A stretch of 64,000 bases of DNA, from NCBI GenBank assembly GCA_965287045.1, contig OZ336901.1:9114001-9178000 (forward strand), in the 5' to 3' direction. Positions 23,055-36,410 of this stretch are shown piece by piece. A program made the translations under genes and the position numbers. The notes under the pieces are model-generated. The model saw only the letters and a program-made list of their open reading frames with translations, made no database searches and was not told where the DNA came from. Position 1 is the stretch's first letter, and each line of letters starts with the position of its first letter. Source of the stretch: Carcharhinus amblyrhynchos. Lineage: Eukaryota.

Positions 23055-24650
23055 ACTGACATCTACACAGCAATCTGGAAAATTGCCCATGTATGACCTG
23101 TACACACAAAGAAGGACAAATTAAGTCAGACCAATTACCACCCCATTAGTCTATTCTTGATCAAGAGTAAAGAAGGGATCATCAACAGGGCTGTTAAGCA
23201 GCACCTGCTTACTGATGCTCAGTTTGGATTCTGCCAGTGTCACTCAACTCCTGACCTCATTACAGTCTTGGTTCAAAACATAGACAAAAGAGCTGAACTC
23301 AGGAGGACAGATGAGAGTGACTGCCCACATGTGTCGTCAAGGAGCCGTAGCAAAACTGGGATCAATGGGAATTTAGGAGAAAGCTCTCCGCTGGTTGGAA
23401 TCATACGTAACACAAAGGAAGATGATTGTTGTTGTTTGCGATCAATCATCTCAGTCCCAAAACATCACTGCAGCAGTTCTTCAGGGTAGTGTCCCAAGCC
23501 CAACCATCTTCAGCTGCTTCATCAATGACCTTCCTTCCATTATAAGGTCAGGAGTGGGGATGTTCATTAATGATTGCACAATATTCACCACCATTCTTGA
23601 TTCCTCAGATACTGAAGCAGTCCATGTCCAAATACAGCAAGACCTGGACAAGGCTTGGGCTGACAAGTAACATTCATACAACACAAGTGCCATGTAATAA
23701 CCATCTCCAACAAAGAGAATCTAACCATTCCTCTTGACAATCAATGACCTTACCATCACTGAATGCCCCACTGTCAACATTTGGGCGGCATGGTGGTACA
23801 TTGGTTAGCACTGCTGCCTCACAGTTCCATGGACCTGTGTTCAATTCCCAGCTTGAGTCACTGTCTGTGTGGAGTTTGCATGTTCTCCCTATGTTGTGTG
23901 GGTTTCCTCCCCTGTCCAAAGATGTGCGGGTCATGCTAAATTGTCCCTAGGTTGCATAGGTTAGAGGGATTAGCAGGATAAATATGTGGAGTAACAGGGA
24001 TAGGGCCTAGGTGGGATTGTTGTTGGTGCAGACTCGATGGGCCAAATGGCCTCCTTCTGCACTGTAGGGTTTCAATGATTCTATGATCCTGGGGGTTACC
24101 ATTGACCAGAAACTTACCTAGACTAGATGTATAAATATTTGTGGTTACAAGAGCAGGTCAAAGGCTTGAAATCCTGCAGCCTCCTGACTTACCAAAGCCT
24201 TTCCACAATCTACAAGGCAGGAGTGATGAAATACTGTCTTCTTGCCTGGAAGAGTGCACATCCAACAACACCCAAGAAGCTTGACACCATCCAGGTCAAA
24301 AGCAACCCACTTGATTTGCACCCCATCCACAAACATTCAAACCCTGCACCACCAACACACAGTAGCAACATGTACCATCTAGAAGGTGCAGTACAGGAGT
24401 TTACCAAGGCTTCTTAGACAGCACTTTCCAAACCCACTATCACTATCATCCAGAAGGACAAGGATACCAGATATGTGAAAATATATCACTGTTCTTTTAC
24501 TGTCCCTGAGTCAAAATCCTGAAACTCCTTCCCTAACAGCAGTTCAAGAAGGCAGCTCACTACCGTCTTCTCAAGGGTAATTAGGGATGAGCAGGAAATT
24601 CTGGCCTAGCCAGCAAAGCACACATCTCTTGAATGAATAAAAAAAAATCA
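23055..24650 (+). mobile_element. 'Family B' CR1/L2-related LINE, decayed RT to 3' end, with a SINE inserted
   Basis: LTDAQFGF, VLQGSV.SPTIFSCFINDLP..MFIND, IQQDLD..AWADK. 3' end ctggcctagccagc...gaatgaataaaaaaa. Confidence 0.85.
23783..24085 (+). mobile_element. HE1-like tRNA SINE
   Basis: gggcggcatggtggtaca..ggttagcactgctgcctcacag (A box), gttcaattcc (B box), CR1-like tail; interrupts LINE. Confidence 0.9.
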
Positions 24651-25157
24651 GGACAATTCACAAGAATACCAATGTAAATGGATCAAAAATTTATGTGAGA
24701 AGGGAGTGATGATTGGTTGGCAAGTGGAGTCTGATTGCTAAAGGCATTGCCATATTTGGTTATAATTGACAGTGTTATCTTTCAATGTCAGTGTTTTCAT
24801 TTGTTTCATAAGTAATTGAAAACATTTGCAAGAGAAGATTGATAAGTATGTCTCAATTTATATCATACACACAATATGTGGAATTCTAACCATGAAGTGC
24901 TATTCCCAGTGGCGGAACAGAAAGTGGTGCCATTTCAGCTCTCTTGGTTTTTGCTGGCTCCAATACAATTATAATTAAAAACTTGAAGTGTCAACAACAA
25001 GCACAGGAGAAATGTCTAATCATGCAGCAAGGCGAGATTTTTATTGGTGAGACCTGCCATCAGTTGACAATGCCTCAAGTAGAGGTGGGCTACAGGAAAG
25101 CCTCAAGGCCACAACTTTGCTACCCAACTATATTGCCATTAACATGAGACTTGTGAA

Positions 25158-25528
25158 GTGCGATCTTACCGGCTCACCGCAAGTGCAAATCAGATTGCTA
25201 CCTACTTGACCCCGGTTTACCAGCAAAGAGTGCAGTAGCAGGAACCAGGCAGCATGGCAATGTCAAGGGGGATCAGAGGCCATTGAAGCCCCTGGTTAAT
25301 CAGGGGCATATCCAAGCAGTGCCCATTGAGTAGTGCCAGCCTGGCAGCATCCATGTGGCTGGTATTGCCCAGTTGAAACTCTGGCAGTACCCAGTTGGCA
25401 CCATACTTCCAGTAGCCAAGGGCACGGGGGTAGGGCTTCAGTGCCAAGTTTGCCAAGAAGACTGGAGTGGAGGGCTCCTGCATTCATGCTGTTATGATAC
25501 TTAGAAAATTTGGGGGAAAATTCCACTC
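25158..25528. mobile_element. TIR element of the GCACTTAGAA family (internally deleted)
   Basis: Ends acttagaaaatttgggggaaaattccactc; internal GGCA/TGCC motif cluster. Confidence 0.5.
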
Positions 25529-25806
25529 ATGGAGTCCATAAAGGTGCACAGATGTTTTCCAAAATTAAATCTCACTTTTAAATATTTCACATTACATTGG
25601 CTTCATTTTATTCATCTGAGTATTGTCAGTACTTGTTGAGACAAGCTTAGTCAGAAAGCTAAGTGCGCTGACAGATTTCAATGCTTATTGCATGCATTAA
25701 TGTTTTAAGGAAATTAGGATTATTTCTTTATTGTGGAAGAAACAGTTTGTTTTTTTGCATTCACGCTTTATTGAATGCTCATTTTTGTTTCCAGTGTTTT
25801 ACTTAC

Positions 25807-25924
25807 AATGCTGTGGAATATGGCTGGACTTGCAGATTCAGCTGACCTCTTTGCATTGTAAAGGACATTTTCCGAAATTACTCCCAATGTGGATAATTGA
25901 AATGTTGTATGTACAGTCAAAACC
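25807..25924 (-). other. Candidate 118-nt internal exon of an unidentified gene
   Basis: Minus strand ccctttacag|GGTTTTGACT...CACAGCATT|gtaagt. One frame is open (VLTVHTTFQLSTLGVISENVLYNAKRSAESASPAIFHSI); peptide not recognised. Confidence 0.25.
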
Positions 25925-27459
25925 CTGTAAAGGGTCTGTCAGCCAACACCATGAGATGGAACCGCATGTGGACATACTGAAAGCACCCTTTCGGTTCCTC
26001 AGTTTCTTACCTCGACTGTTTTCACTATCTCCACCACGCCCAAGATCCTGCCTACTTTATTCCTCCACACCTCTTTCCTCCTTTGGATCCCTACTGTACT
26101 TCATGCCCCTATCCGATTCCAGCACCCCTATGACCATTGACTCAACCTTTCCAGTAAACCAGCCTCTATTCAAGCTGCCATACTCCTGCTCTCCTCCCTT
26201 GTGCCACAGAGCTTAACAAGGAAAACAGCTGACTTCAGACACAGCTGCAGAAATTAATTATTTGCATGCCATCTTTAAACCAGGTGCCACAAGATTCTCC
26301 TGCACTGCCTATTTTATTATAAAGATGAATGTAATTGCAAAGTGTTTCAAGCATAGAAATGTATTAAAAATAAGAACCCACCATAACACAGCATAAGGCT
26401 AAACTCGTCGCTGACTTAGTCTCTGCATCTCAACCTGCCACCAGGAAATTAAAATTTCTGCTCACATCTAATGCAGTCACCCCACATGCCATGTTTCTTG
26501 CTCTTGCAGGTTCCATAAAATCTCCCCTAATATTCTATATATTAAACTTGTAACAATTCTGTAGTAATTTACAAAAGCTTAATTCCTGTCAAGAACAGGA
26601 TTATTCACATAAATGTGCTCTTATCAAAATTGCATTTGAGGAGTTCATACTCCCACAATTACTAATTGATGCAAATATGGTATTTTGAAATCATTTATTT
26701 TTAAGTACAGCATGGTTAATTTAATAAAGAGTGAAACAAAGCAAACTTTATTTAGTGTTGGCAGTTAGGCAACTCTTTGGAAACATCTTAGACATAACAA
26801 TATGTGCTACTGTACTGAACTGACACATCAGTTTATTCTCACCCTTTATGAATTGTTTATGAGCACATTCTGAAGCTTTCATCGCTTGCTGTTAATGAGC
26901 CATTAATGTGCCAAGTTACAGGACAAAAGGATGAAAGGTCGTGCTAGAAATTTGCAATGCACTGGAGCAGAAGAAAAATAAGTTTGTGATTGGAATAACT
27001 ACCATTTTACAAAATTGCCATAAAATTGAATGAGATGAAGTAAAGAAAGTGGATCAATTCCACTTGTAAGTGAAACTAACTTATACGTGGCAGCACCACA
27101 GGGACAGTAATGTAATGGTTAATTCACAGTGCAGCATCATGGACTAAAATTGTATCATTCTATGATTCTATATAAATACTTGAAAAAGAAAAAAGTTGCT
27201 CAGCTTTGTGGAGAGAGCAGGGGATGGGATTAATTGGATAGCTCTTTCACAGATCTGACATTGGAACGTTGTGGACCAAATGGTCTTTGCTTTATCGTTC
27301 TATAATTCTGTATAAATATTACTTGTTATTAAAGGAAATTTTTGAAAAGTTAAAGTACCCAGAGTACCAAACTAAATGTTATCACAACTTTGTTAATGAT
27401 CACATCATGAACAAAACGAACATGTCAATGAAATTACTTGATGACTTTTTTAAAAACAT

Positions 27460-27685
27460 GAGGCCATCACCACTTAAAAGTTCCCCTTCAAGTCACACAC
27501 CATCCTGGCTTGGAAATATATTATTGCTTCCTTACTGTCACTGGATCAAAGTCCTGGAATTCAATCCTCAACAGCACTGTTGTTCTACGTGCACCACATG
27601 GACTGCAGCAGTTCAATAATGTGGAGATGAGCAATAAATGTTGGCCTTGCTAGTGTTGCTCACATCCCATGAACAAATTTTTAAA
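27460..27685 (+). mobile_element. 'Family B' LINE 3' end
   Basis: aagttccccttcaagtcacacaccatcct..cttggaaatat...atcaaagtcctggaattc...aataaatgttggccttgc...cacatcccatgaac. Confidence 0.7.
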
Positions 27686-27964
27686 TATTATTTCTGCAGA
27701 AAGATTTCATGAAATTCCCAACAACTGCATGGTTAATGATGCCACCTTGAGACCAATGCTTACTTATCCTGTTCCTTTTAACATTCCAACCCTAAGCCAA
27801 GAAAAAGAAGATTTAAATGAGCCATTTGAAGATTGCTGAATAGATGAGTATTAAGAAATTTTTTAAGTGTGAGAAGCAAGTTGGAAGTGATGAGGTTTAG
27901 AAAAGTGGCACACAGACTCGCAACTGAAAACAATGATGGGATGAAGGGACGTGAAACACACAGG

Positions 27965-28082
27965 CAAAAGCAAAATTCTGCAAATGATGGAAATCTGAAG
28001 TAAAAACAAAAATTGCTGGAAAATCCAGCAGCTGTGGAGAGAAAGGGACTTAACATTGCATGTTGCGTGACCTGTCATCAGC
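27965..28082 (-). mobile_element. Penelope-like terminal repeat remnant
   Basis: Reverse complement begins CTGATGA..GGTCA; homologous to 18343 and 38965. Confidence 0.55.
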
Positions 28083-28119
28083 AATATACAGAGATTGGAG
28101 TTGGAAAAACAGAGGCTTT

Positions 28120-28340
28120 GGAAAGAATTATAGGGCTGGAGAAAATTGCACTGATAATTGCACAATAAAGACATTGAAGGATTTAAAAATGTCAGTAATT
28201 TATATTTAATGGGTGATGAGGACTGAAATGTTTGATGCACAAGACTTGGTGCTGGAGGTGATGCATAAAATGTTTTAGCCAAATTAGAATTTATGTAGGA
28301 TGGAAGACCAGCAAGGAATGGTTGAGATAGTAGCAGATAC
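28120..28340 (-). mobile_element. L2-type LINE fragment
   Basis: tagggctggagaaaattgca...ggatttaaaaat...ggatggaagaccagcaagg, inverse of L2 3' region. Confidence 0.45.
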
Positions 28341-28688
28341 AAGTACTTTAGTAGCCAAGTGAGAGGACCAAGTTAAGAACAGTGCTAGATTCCCGTGCCT
28401 GATTTTCCTAGTCTCTGAATCTCCCCCAACCTAACCTCACCACTAACAATCATATTACCTAGCTGCCACTCTACACAACCACCACCTATTCAGCTGCCAT
28501 TCTACCCCTTACTCAGTCTCCTTCTACATACTAATCTCTTATCTTACCCACTTAGACAGCTACACATTCACCCATATACTTATTCACTAGCACACTGAAA
28601 AGTGTTGGGACATTTAAACACTTATATACCAGAATAAGGCAGCAGGATCATAAAATAGTGTAATAAAAAAGGTATAGCTTCTACATAG

Positions 28689-29400
28689 AGGGTGTGATTC
28701 ACCAAATCAACTCTAAGTGCCCACGTCAGTGGAAACAACTGAATTTCTTAGTTGCATTAGTAGCGCCTGTCAGGTGGGATTCAATGCAAATTTATGCATG
28801 GCAAACACAACGGCCAACCCAGCTTTTCTGAGATTGGGGCACCATTTTTAAAGGGCGCTCCAATCTCAGTGTTCAGACACAGGCCCCTTCCCCTCCACGA
28901 TGGAAAAGGTGACACCCCATGCTGACCAAAGAAGCACTCCCAACTCAACACAGAGGAGGACCCTCCTCTGCACCACCAAGAGAACGGGTTACAATTCCCC
29001 ACACCATGCAGGCATGATGGTGACCCCCCCCCCTTCCCCCACCAGACAAACGTTCTAATACAGGGTTAGCTCTGATTTTATCCCTTCAGGACCCCTCCAA
29101 GTAATGCCTTTTGATAATGCCAACCTTGCATTGACACCCTGGCAGTGACACACTGATCTGATGTATTGGCTGCCAAGTTGGGGGGGAGGTCATTTATATC
29201 TCCGAGTGCCCCTGTGCCACTGCCTGGCTACAGAGGGAAGGTCCCACAAGGAACCTGGGGTTGGGAAGGGACTTTGGTTCGGTGCAGGGGGTAGGCCTCA
29301 GGACTTTCCCTTAGGATGGGGGTCTCATGGCTTGATGAGGGCAGGCTATATGATCAAAATCTTCATTATTTTCTATGTACTGTGAAAGCTTTGAAGTGAC
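28689..29400. mobile_element. TIR element of the GCACTTAGAA family (right end unclear)
   Basis: Starts GGGTGTGATTCACC...CTCTAAGTGCC; internal gagattggggcaccattttta..ccaatctc hairpin. Confidence 0.5.
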
Positions 29401-29766
29401 CTGGTCAGTTTAATATCCATTGCCCTGGACATCTGTAGGGCTTTCAAATAACAGCAGCACTCCATTCTGCAGAAGGCACGCCCCTTTCACTCTCCATTAA
29501 GTTGCAGGTATCAGAAGACTCTTGAAGATTTCAGACTGACAGGAAAAGTCATTTTCACTATTGGGGGAATTCCCATCTACAAAACTGCCCACTCAGCCCC
29601 ATTCTTTTAACACTGCATCTTTTCAAGTCTTTGAGCCTTTCTAAAAAGCTCAAAACTTTTTCAAATCTTTGAAGTCCTTTGAAATCCATTGCATATCTTT
29701 GAAAATCTTTGTTTTCATTCAATTTCATGATACAGTACCTTTAACTAGTCTTCGATTACAACTTGT

Positions 29767-29970
29767 GGCACTATGGCATAGTGGTTAGCACTGCTGCCTT
29801 ACAGCGCCAGGGGGCCAGGTTCCTGGCTTGAGTTACTCTCCGTGTAGAGTTTGCATGTTCTCTCTGTATCTGTGTGGGTTTCCTTCCATAATGTAAAAAT
29901 GTGCAACTTCGGTGAATTGGCCACGCTAAATTCCCCTTCAGTGGACCTGAATAGGGACCAATAAACTAAC
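29767..29970 (+). mobile_element. tRNA-derived SINE
   Basis: ggcactatggcatagtggttagcactgctgcctt.cagcgccaggg head. Confidence 0.85.
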
Positions 29971-30362
29971 TTTAATAGTTTGTACACAGCATGCACCGGG
30001 TTTGCTTTTTTTATCTTTCCTTCAAGGTTGAATGTACCTGAACTACCCCCACAGTTCCTCTTCCTCTTCTTAGAGAAAAGAGGTAAAAGCCTCTAGCTGC
30101 TTCCAGATTGCCTACAATTGTCAAGCAGACCAAGAGTGTTTATAAACATCACGGAAAAATGAAAACGCTGAGATTGCTTGACTCCCGATCCAAGCAGAGC
30201 CCGGGGGGGTGCGGTGGACATGTGGCAGTCCTGCACTGAGAGACAGCTGGCAGTGAACTTCTAAAGTTTTGTAAGAGGTGAATTCCTTAACCTGTTTAAA
30301 AAATCAAGTTTAAAAGTTTTGAAAACAACAGCCCCTTTAACCTCCAAAAAACCGGGTCTCCA

Positions 30363-31465
30363 ATGAAATCGATGAGAAAAAAAGCTGAGGCATCAAAAGA
30401 AGAGGGGAAGCGACTCTCCAAATGGCTTGAGGGAAGAAAGGATTGCAGGGATCGCTGGGGGAGCATGCCATCAGTGGAGAAGTGAAGTTTTAAAAATTTA
30501 ATAAAGATTCAAAAAGGGGCAGCTCGCGCCAAATCTTCAAAAACGCGGAGTGACGCTACTAATAATTCAGTGGGAAAAAAAAGTGGAAATGCATTTAAAA
30601 AGATAATGCATTTAAAGCAACTACAAGAAGGAACAAACGTCTGGACAGGAAAACTGGAGAAGACCCCAGATAGAGGGCAACTCCTAAAAAAGGTCCACAA
30701 ACAAACTCTTCAAGGAAAAGACAACGGAAGACCTCAGATGAGGCAATGAAGACTTCTAGGAAGAAGCAACAGAAAACCCCAGAGGGAGGATAATGAAAGA
30801 TCCCAGAAGGAGGGCAAAGAAAATCCCCACAAAAATGGCAAAGAGAAAATTACAGAATGGAAACAAGTCAACATTTAATCAGAGTCAGACCTGGCCAACA
30901 GTGAAGCCAAAAAGGGTTTAGCTGAAGTTAAGACACATAGAAATGAAGATTTCATTTGTGAAATGCATATGTCCGGTAAGAATATGATGGATTTCCCTTG
31001 GAAAAAAACACAGAAATTAAAGACTTCAAAAGAAACCAGGAACTATTGAATGTATAGAGGAATCAGCAAAAAAAATTAAAGCTCTACAAGAGACATTAAA
31101 ACTACAAGATAAAATGACTGACAGCAAACTTTTAAAAAGTTGCAAAAATTTACAAAATTAAATTAAGTAGGAGAACGTAATGAGACAATGGAATAAGCTG
31201 AACTCCATGAAAAAAACAAATGGAAGGTAAGACCAGTGACAAATACTCCTTTAAAAGACACTTGCAACTTTAAATTATGCATGAACTTTTTTGAGAGTTG
31301 CCCTCTATCTGTAATTTAACAAAGTAAAGAATTACAATGTAAGAGAAAAACAACTTTCAGACATTGGGAATTATGCACTGAATTATCAGACTCCATTTCT
31401 TGTGCAAGGCCTCATTCAACAGAAGAATGGATTGGAGAATCAAACATGGAGTTTGTTAAATCCAT
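30363..31465 (+). pseudogene. Decayed Lys/Glu-rich reading frame of unknown origin
   Basis: One frame from ATG 30363 runs ~230 codons with only scattered stops; strongly A-rich sense strand. Confidence 0.3.
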
Positions 31466-34400
31466 TTTTTTAATCATTAAAATCTTCAAAGATATCTTTC
31501 TGCATTCACCCTAAACAACAAGAGTAGGACATTAAAGTGTGCCATCAATGTGCCATTTATATCCCAGTGACATGTTCACTACTACATTAGTAGACACCAA
31601 AAAGTTGGTCCACTCTCCTGGAAATTGCTTGCCTGAGACCAAGGAGAAGGTCTCCTTCTCAGAGAGCTTAGAGCAAGTGTCCTAATGGATAATAAACAAG
31701 CTGGGCTGGCAAAAGAAAGGAAACAAATTTAGAAATTTCCACTTTGGAAAAAATTTAATTTTGTATATATTTCAATATTTTCAATAGATATTTATATTGT
31801 GGACAATTAGCTAAATTAAAGTTATGATCCGCTGCTGAATGAGTGGAGATGTGGGAGTGAGGTTTAGCATAGTTGGCAGTGTTTAAATAGCAGAGGTTTT
31901 TTTAAAACATATTTTCACAGACTTTTGTGCAGCATTGATAAAGCCTCATATATCTGCTTATTCGACCACACCCACCATTTAAAGGCCTTACAGATTTTAG
32001 CATTCGGTCTGAGCGCCATGGCAGCCATTGTTGCCTGAGCTCTCTCAACCCCAAAATCTTGTTTTCTGACCTCACTGGGAGTTGGAATGCACAATTTGGG
32101 AAGACTACTTTAATTCGTTCATTTTCTGTCAATTCGCAGTGATCCCAAGTGGCCGCAGTTCTGACAGCATCTGATTTATACACCCAGCCCAACCATTAAT
32201 ACAGTCTCACCTTGCTAGTCACAGGGTATCTGTATTAATTTCTACCTTAATCACTCAGTAGAATTGGTAACTAGTTAATTAATTCTCTAAAGATTCAGAC
32301 CCTAAGGTGGCCCCTGTCTTATTCAGTGAAGCTGCTGACAAAATGAATGAAGTGTCAAAGTTCCCTCAGTGCATGGATGATACATGAATACATGTCAAAC
32401 TTCGCTTAGAGTTGTATAGCTAAAGTAAACAGGAGCAATTGCATGCAGACATGGGGTTGCAGTAACAGGGTTAACCTCAATTGAGGTATCAGATTGTTAA
32501 ATGAGATAATGGTGATTACGTTTTCCTCACCAGATCAATTATTGGCACATCCAGGAACTTTGTTATGCCAGGGTGTAATTGAGATTTTATTATTTTAAAT
32601 ATTAAATATAAATGTTCAATCATCAATGATTGTCGTGTATCACTTGGAATGTGATCTCTCAACCTAAGTGACATTTACACAGTGTTCAACATTTTCCATA
32701 TCCACTTAAGCATACTTACTGCTGAAAGAACATGGCAGACACCCTGCAAAGTCAATTTACTCTGTAATTTAAGAAAGTATAGAATTCTACAGTAAACTGG
32801 GGAACTGTAAGAGGTAAATAGAGGATTTGATCTTCAATAAAAAGAAAACCTTGAAAGATCTCACAGCTGTTCAGTTTTAGTATCTACAATAATTGCTTAG
32901 ACATCAACATAATTACATATTGTTGACCTTTGCTTGATAGCAACAACATGATTGTAGTCAAGTTAACATAACTTGCCACTGCTATTCCCATTCTAACATT
33001 TGTTCATAATACGAAAGCTGTTATGTTTCACTAGTTTAAAAAACAATCAGCATTACTGCTTTTCGTAGAAATTTTACTGTCATAATCCTTGTGTGCTTTA
33101 TTCTTCACATTGTTTTTGCCTGATTGTTTGCCTTTTTGATTTTGAATTGTGCCACCCATTCCACAGTTGTGTGAGCAGCACACACCTATTTTGTGACGTG
33201 ACAACTTATAGCATCAAGTATTCCATAATTATCACTAGGGAGCAAGCACCATAAAAGGCACGGTGTCAACCTCTGTTTGAATGAAAACCAGACTTTATAC
33301 GGATGCACAGTAATTATTTTAAACACTGAAAATTACAGTAAAGGGAGTGTGAATCAAAGTTATACACCAATTAAATGTATTATTAATAAAAAACACATAA
33401 AGCATCACTTAAGTATATTCCCATTCAGTATACAATGTATTTAGGCCATATATAAAATCATTAAAGTTCACATATCTCAAATATTTTAAAACCTGCCTTT
33501 GTTAACCTTACAGAAAATGCATTTAAATTAGCAACTGATTTTTTTTTGTATGTTAAGAAGTTGTGCAAATCATTTTTTGCTGTTTGATGAAGGACATGTT
33601 GTAGTATTTAATGTTGTGTGATGAGGGAGGGGTCTCGCCATCGCCTACTTTTGGTAATGCTGGGGTAATGCTGCGCTTTCCTCAGGATCAAGGATCTTGT
33701 GGTTGGAAATCCACTCCCCTCCCCCTGAAAGCTGTTGATCAGAGGTCAGCAGCTGTGCATTGCTCATCAGCACCCCAGTGAGGTGGTGGCTGCTGTCGGT
33801 AATGCACCCACCATGACCCAGGATTGTTGATTGACCCAGACATCGGCAAGTGTCGCCAGGGGGACAGTCACAGGGTGAGGGTCAGCAGTAACAGCAGTAG
33901 GGTGGCCTTCGATAAGTCCCCCTTTCTCAGTGCCAGATCCCTCAATCAGGCACTGAATGCTTTTGAATGAGAAACTGTCTGCTGTTCAATAGGAGTAAGG
34001 ATACTTCAGTTGCAAGCAATAAAAGAACTAACTTCATAAAGTAAGTCAAAGAAAAGGGTTTAAAGACATTTCATAACCAACAGTCAGGCTACATCCTGAC
34101 CCACACAACTCCCATCTTTCTATTTATAGCTGGTCAGCTGACCACGACATCATTTTGACATTGGTTAAATTGTCTACCAGTATGTTACCATTGGTTACAT
34201 TACAATGTAACCAGTGTTATTATTGGTTACATTATAACACCCATAAGAGCCCACAGACACCTCCAAAAGTGTTTGTATTTCAGGCTCCCTGTTTGCCTAG
34301 TTCCCTCCACACTACTGGGTGAATACTGATTGTTGGCATAGGCTCCTTACTTAATTGCCCATTTAAGGGCTTTAATTGATGGTAAAGAGGGAAGGCTGAC

Positions 34401-34539
34401 CACAACTTCTCCTGCCCCAGACTTAATCAGGTCTTGTGCAGAAAAATTGCAGAGTCCCTATCTATCTCCTGCTTGATTAAATGCCTCCAAACTGTCCATA
34501 AGGGCATTTAAAAAAAAAACCTGCTGTTCTATTTCTACC

Positions 34540-34840
34540 ATAGAATCCTACAGTGCCATTTGGCCCATGGAGTGTGGGCCACAATCCCCCGCAGGCCCTA
34601 TGCCTATAACCCCATGCATATACCCTAGCTAGTCCCCCTGACACTAAGGGGCAATTTAGCATGGCCAATCCTCCTAACCTGCACATCTTTGGACTGTGGA
34701 AGGAAACTGGAGCACCCAGAGGAAACCCACGCAGACACAGAGAGAATTTGCAAACTCCACATAGACAGTGACCTAAGCCATGAATCGAACCCAGGTCCCT
34801 GGTGCTGTGAGGCAGCAGTACTAACCACTGCACCACCATG
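34540..34840 (-). mobile_element. HE1-like SINE, full length
   Basis: Canonical core and head (tgtgaggcagcagt.ctaaccactg) on the minus strand. Confidence 0.92.
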
Positions 34841-35251
34841 CTTCCCTCACACTTACACCTCACACTTGCCCACATTATACTCCATCTGCCATTTTGTTGC
34901 CCATTCATTTAACATACCTTCTGTGGAATATTCATAATTGAGAGAGAGGTCATGTGGTCAGAATGACAATTTTGAAATGTCTTTTATTACAACACCCAGC
35001 TTGCTTTTGGAAGACTAGAAGGAGAAATCTGCAAATGGGCTAATAACACTAACTCTCTCTCCATGCTGTTCTCAACTGTTGGGCCCTATCTCTGTTATAG
35101 TTTGGAATACATCACGAGGATAGGAACACCACCTACTTATATCATACTGAGGTCAACAGACAGAGAAGTTTGAATTACATTTCAAAATTCCAAAGCAATA
35201 TTTCCAGGAAAAATGGAACACTGTTAAAAATTTTGTCTCAGCTACAAACTG

Positions 35252-35570
35252 AATTCTCAGAGGCTTTTTCCCAGGGCTGAAATGGCTGCCACAAGAGGAC
35301 ACAGGTTTAGGGTGCTGGGGAGTAGGTACAGAGGAGATATCAGGGGTAAGTTTTTCACTCAGAGGCTGGTGGGTGAGTGGAATCGGCTGCTGTCGGTGGT
35401 GGTGGAGGCAAATTTGATAGGGTCTTTTTAAGAGACTTCTGGATGAGTGCATGAGACTTAATAGGATTGAGGGTTATAGGTAAGCCAAGTAGGTAGAGAT
35501 ATGATCGGCGCAACGTGTGGGCCGAAGGGCCTGTTTGTGCTGTAGTTTTTCTATGTTGTATGTTGTTCTA
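35252..35570 (+). mobile_element. CR1 LINE 3' end
   Basis: aggctttttcccagggctgaa...ttttcactcagagg...gggccgaagggcctgtttgtgctgtag..ttctatgtt. Confidence 0.85.
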
Positions 35571-35949
35571 CAAACAACAGTGAAGGAATTACAAACCATA
35601 AACCCTCTTTCTTTGCCTTTTATCATTGAACCTTAATTTGGTCAAAGGTTGACTTTTTTGACTGTATAACTTGTAATTTTGCATGCTTGTGTGTGTTTTA
35701 GAAATTTAACTTTATTAAATGTCTTTATATCTTTAGCTGGGTAGGTTCTATAAAACAAATCCTTTTTGTATTTAAACTCAAGAAAGCATGTCAGAATGAG
35801 GTCTTTGCAATCAGCACGTAAACAGTAAAGCCAGATAAAGAACCAATACATTTTTCCTTCTTTGTTTCAGAAGACTCTTATTACAATCAATCGAGGAGAG
35901 GAAAAGAAAGGCCGAGTCCTGATACTTGTCCTTATCGGTTATAATATGC

Positions 35950-36410
35950 AGCCTCTTTGTGTTCTTCTCACAGCTTACATTCCTACCTAACTTTCTACTG
36001 TCAGCAAACTTAGATAACATTACTCTTGTCTCATTCATATAGATTGTAAATAACAGAAGTGCTCACACTGATCATTATAACACTTCACTAGTTACAGCCT
36101 TTCAAGTTGAAGATAGCACATGTATTCATGTTCTCCACTTCGGAGGAACCAACATAATTCACTGGAAGATTAACATGCAGGTAGAATAAACAACTAGGAA
36201 AGCAAATGGTATGCTAGCCTTTATTACAAAGGGATTAGAGTACAAGAATAATTATGTAGAGGATTGGTAGCATATCTGAGAGTATCTGGTTTGCCCCTTT
36301 ACTGAAGAAGAAAATACCTGCCTTCTGGAAATGCAATGAAGGTTAAGTAGAATGATTCCAAGGTTGAAAAGATATTCCTAGAAGAGGAGATTGTTCAGAC
36401 TTAGGCCTAT
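35950..36410. mobile_element. Two old CR1 RT fragments in opposite orientation
   Basis: Minus: SKFADSRKLG (ORF 35811-36038). Plus: RKANGMLAFITKGLEYK at ~36195-36250. Confidence 0.7.

Noticed and set aside
23783-23860. tRNA genes at SINE heads
   Set aside because: A/B boxes belong to SINEs; no complete cloverleaf, and the SINE core follows directly.
30180-30196. 15-nt inverted match (GCTTGGATCGGGAGT) to ~13615-13629, and resemblance to a tRNA primer-binding site
   Set aside because: A few 15-mer matches are expected by chance in 64 kb; the PBS match is poor and no adjacent LTR was seen.
35871-35945. Plus-strand exon after strong polypyrimidine acceptor (ttccttctttgtttcag)
   Set aside because: No convincing donor before stops or the adjacent CR1 fragment; peptide unrecognised.
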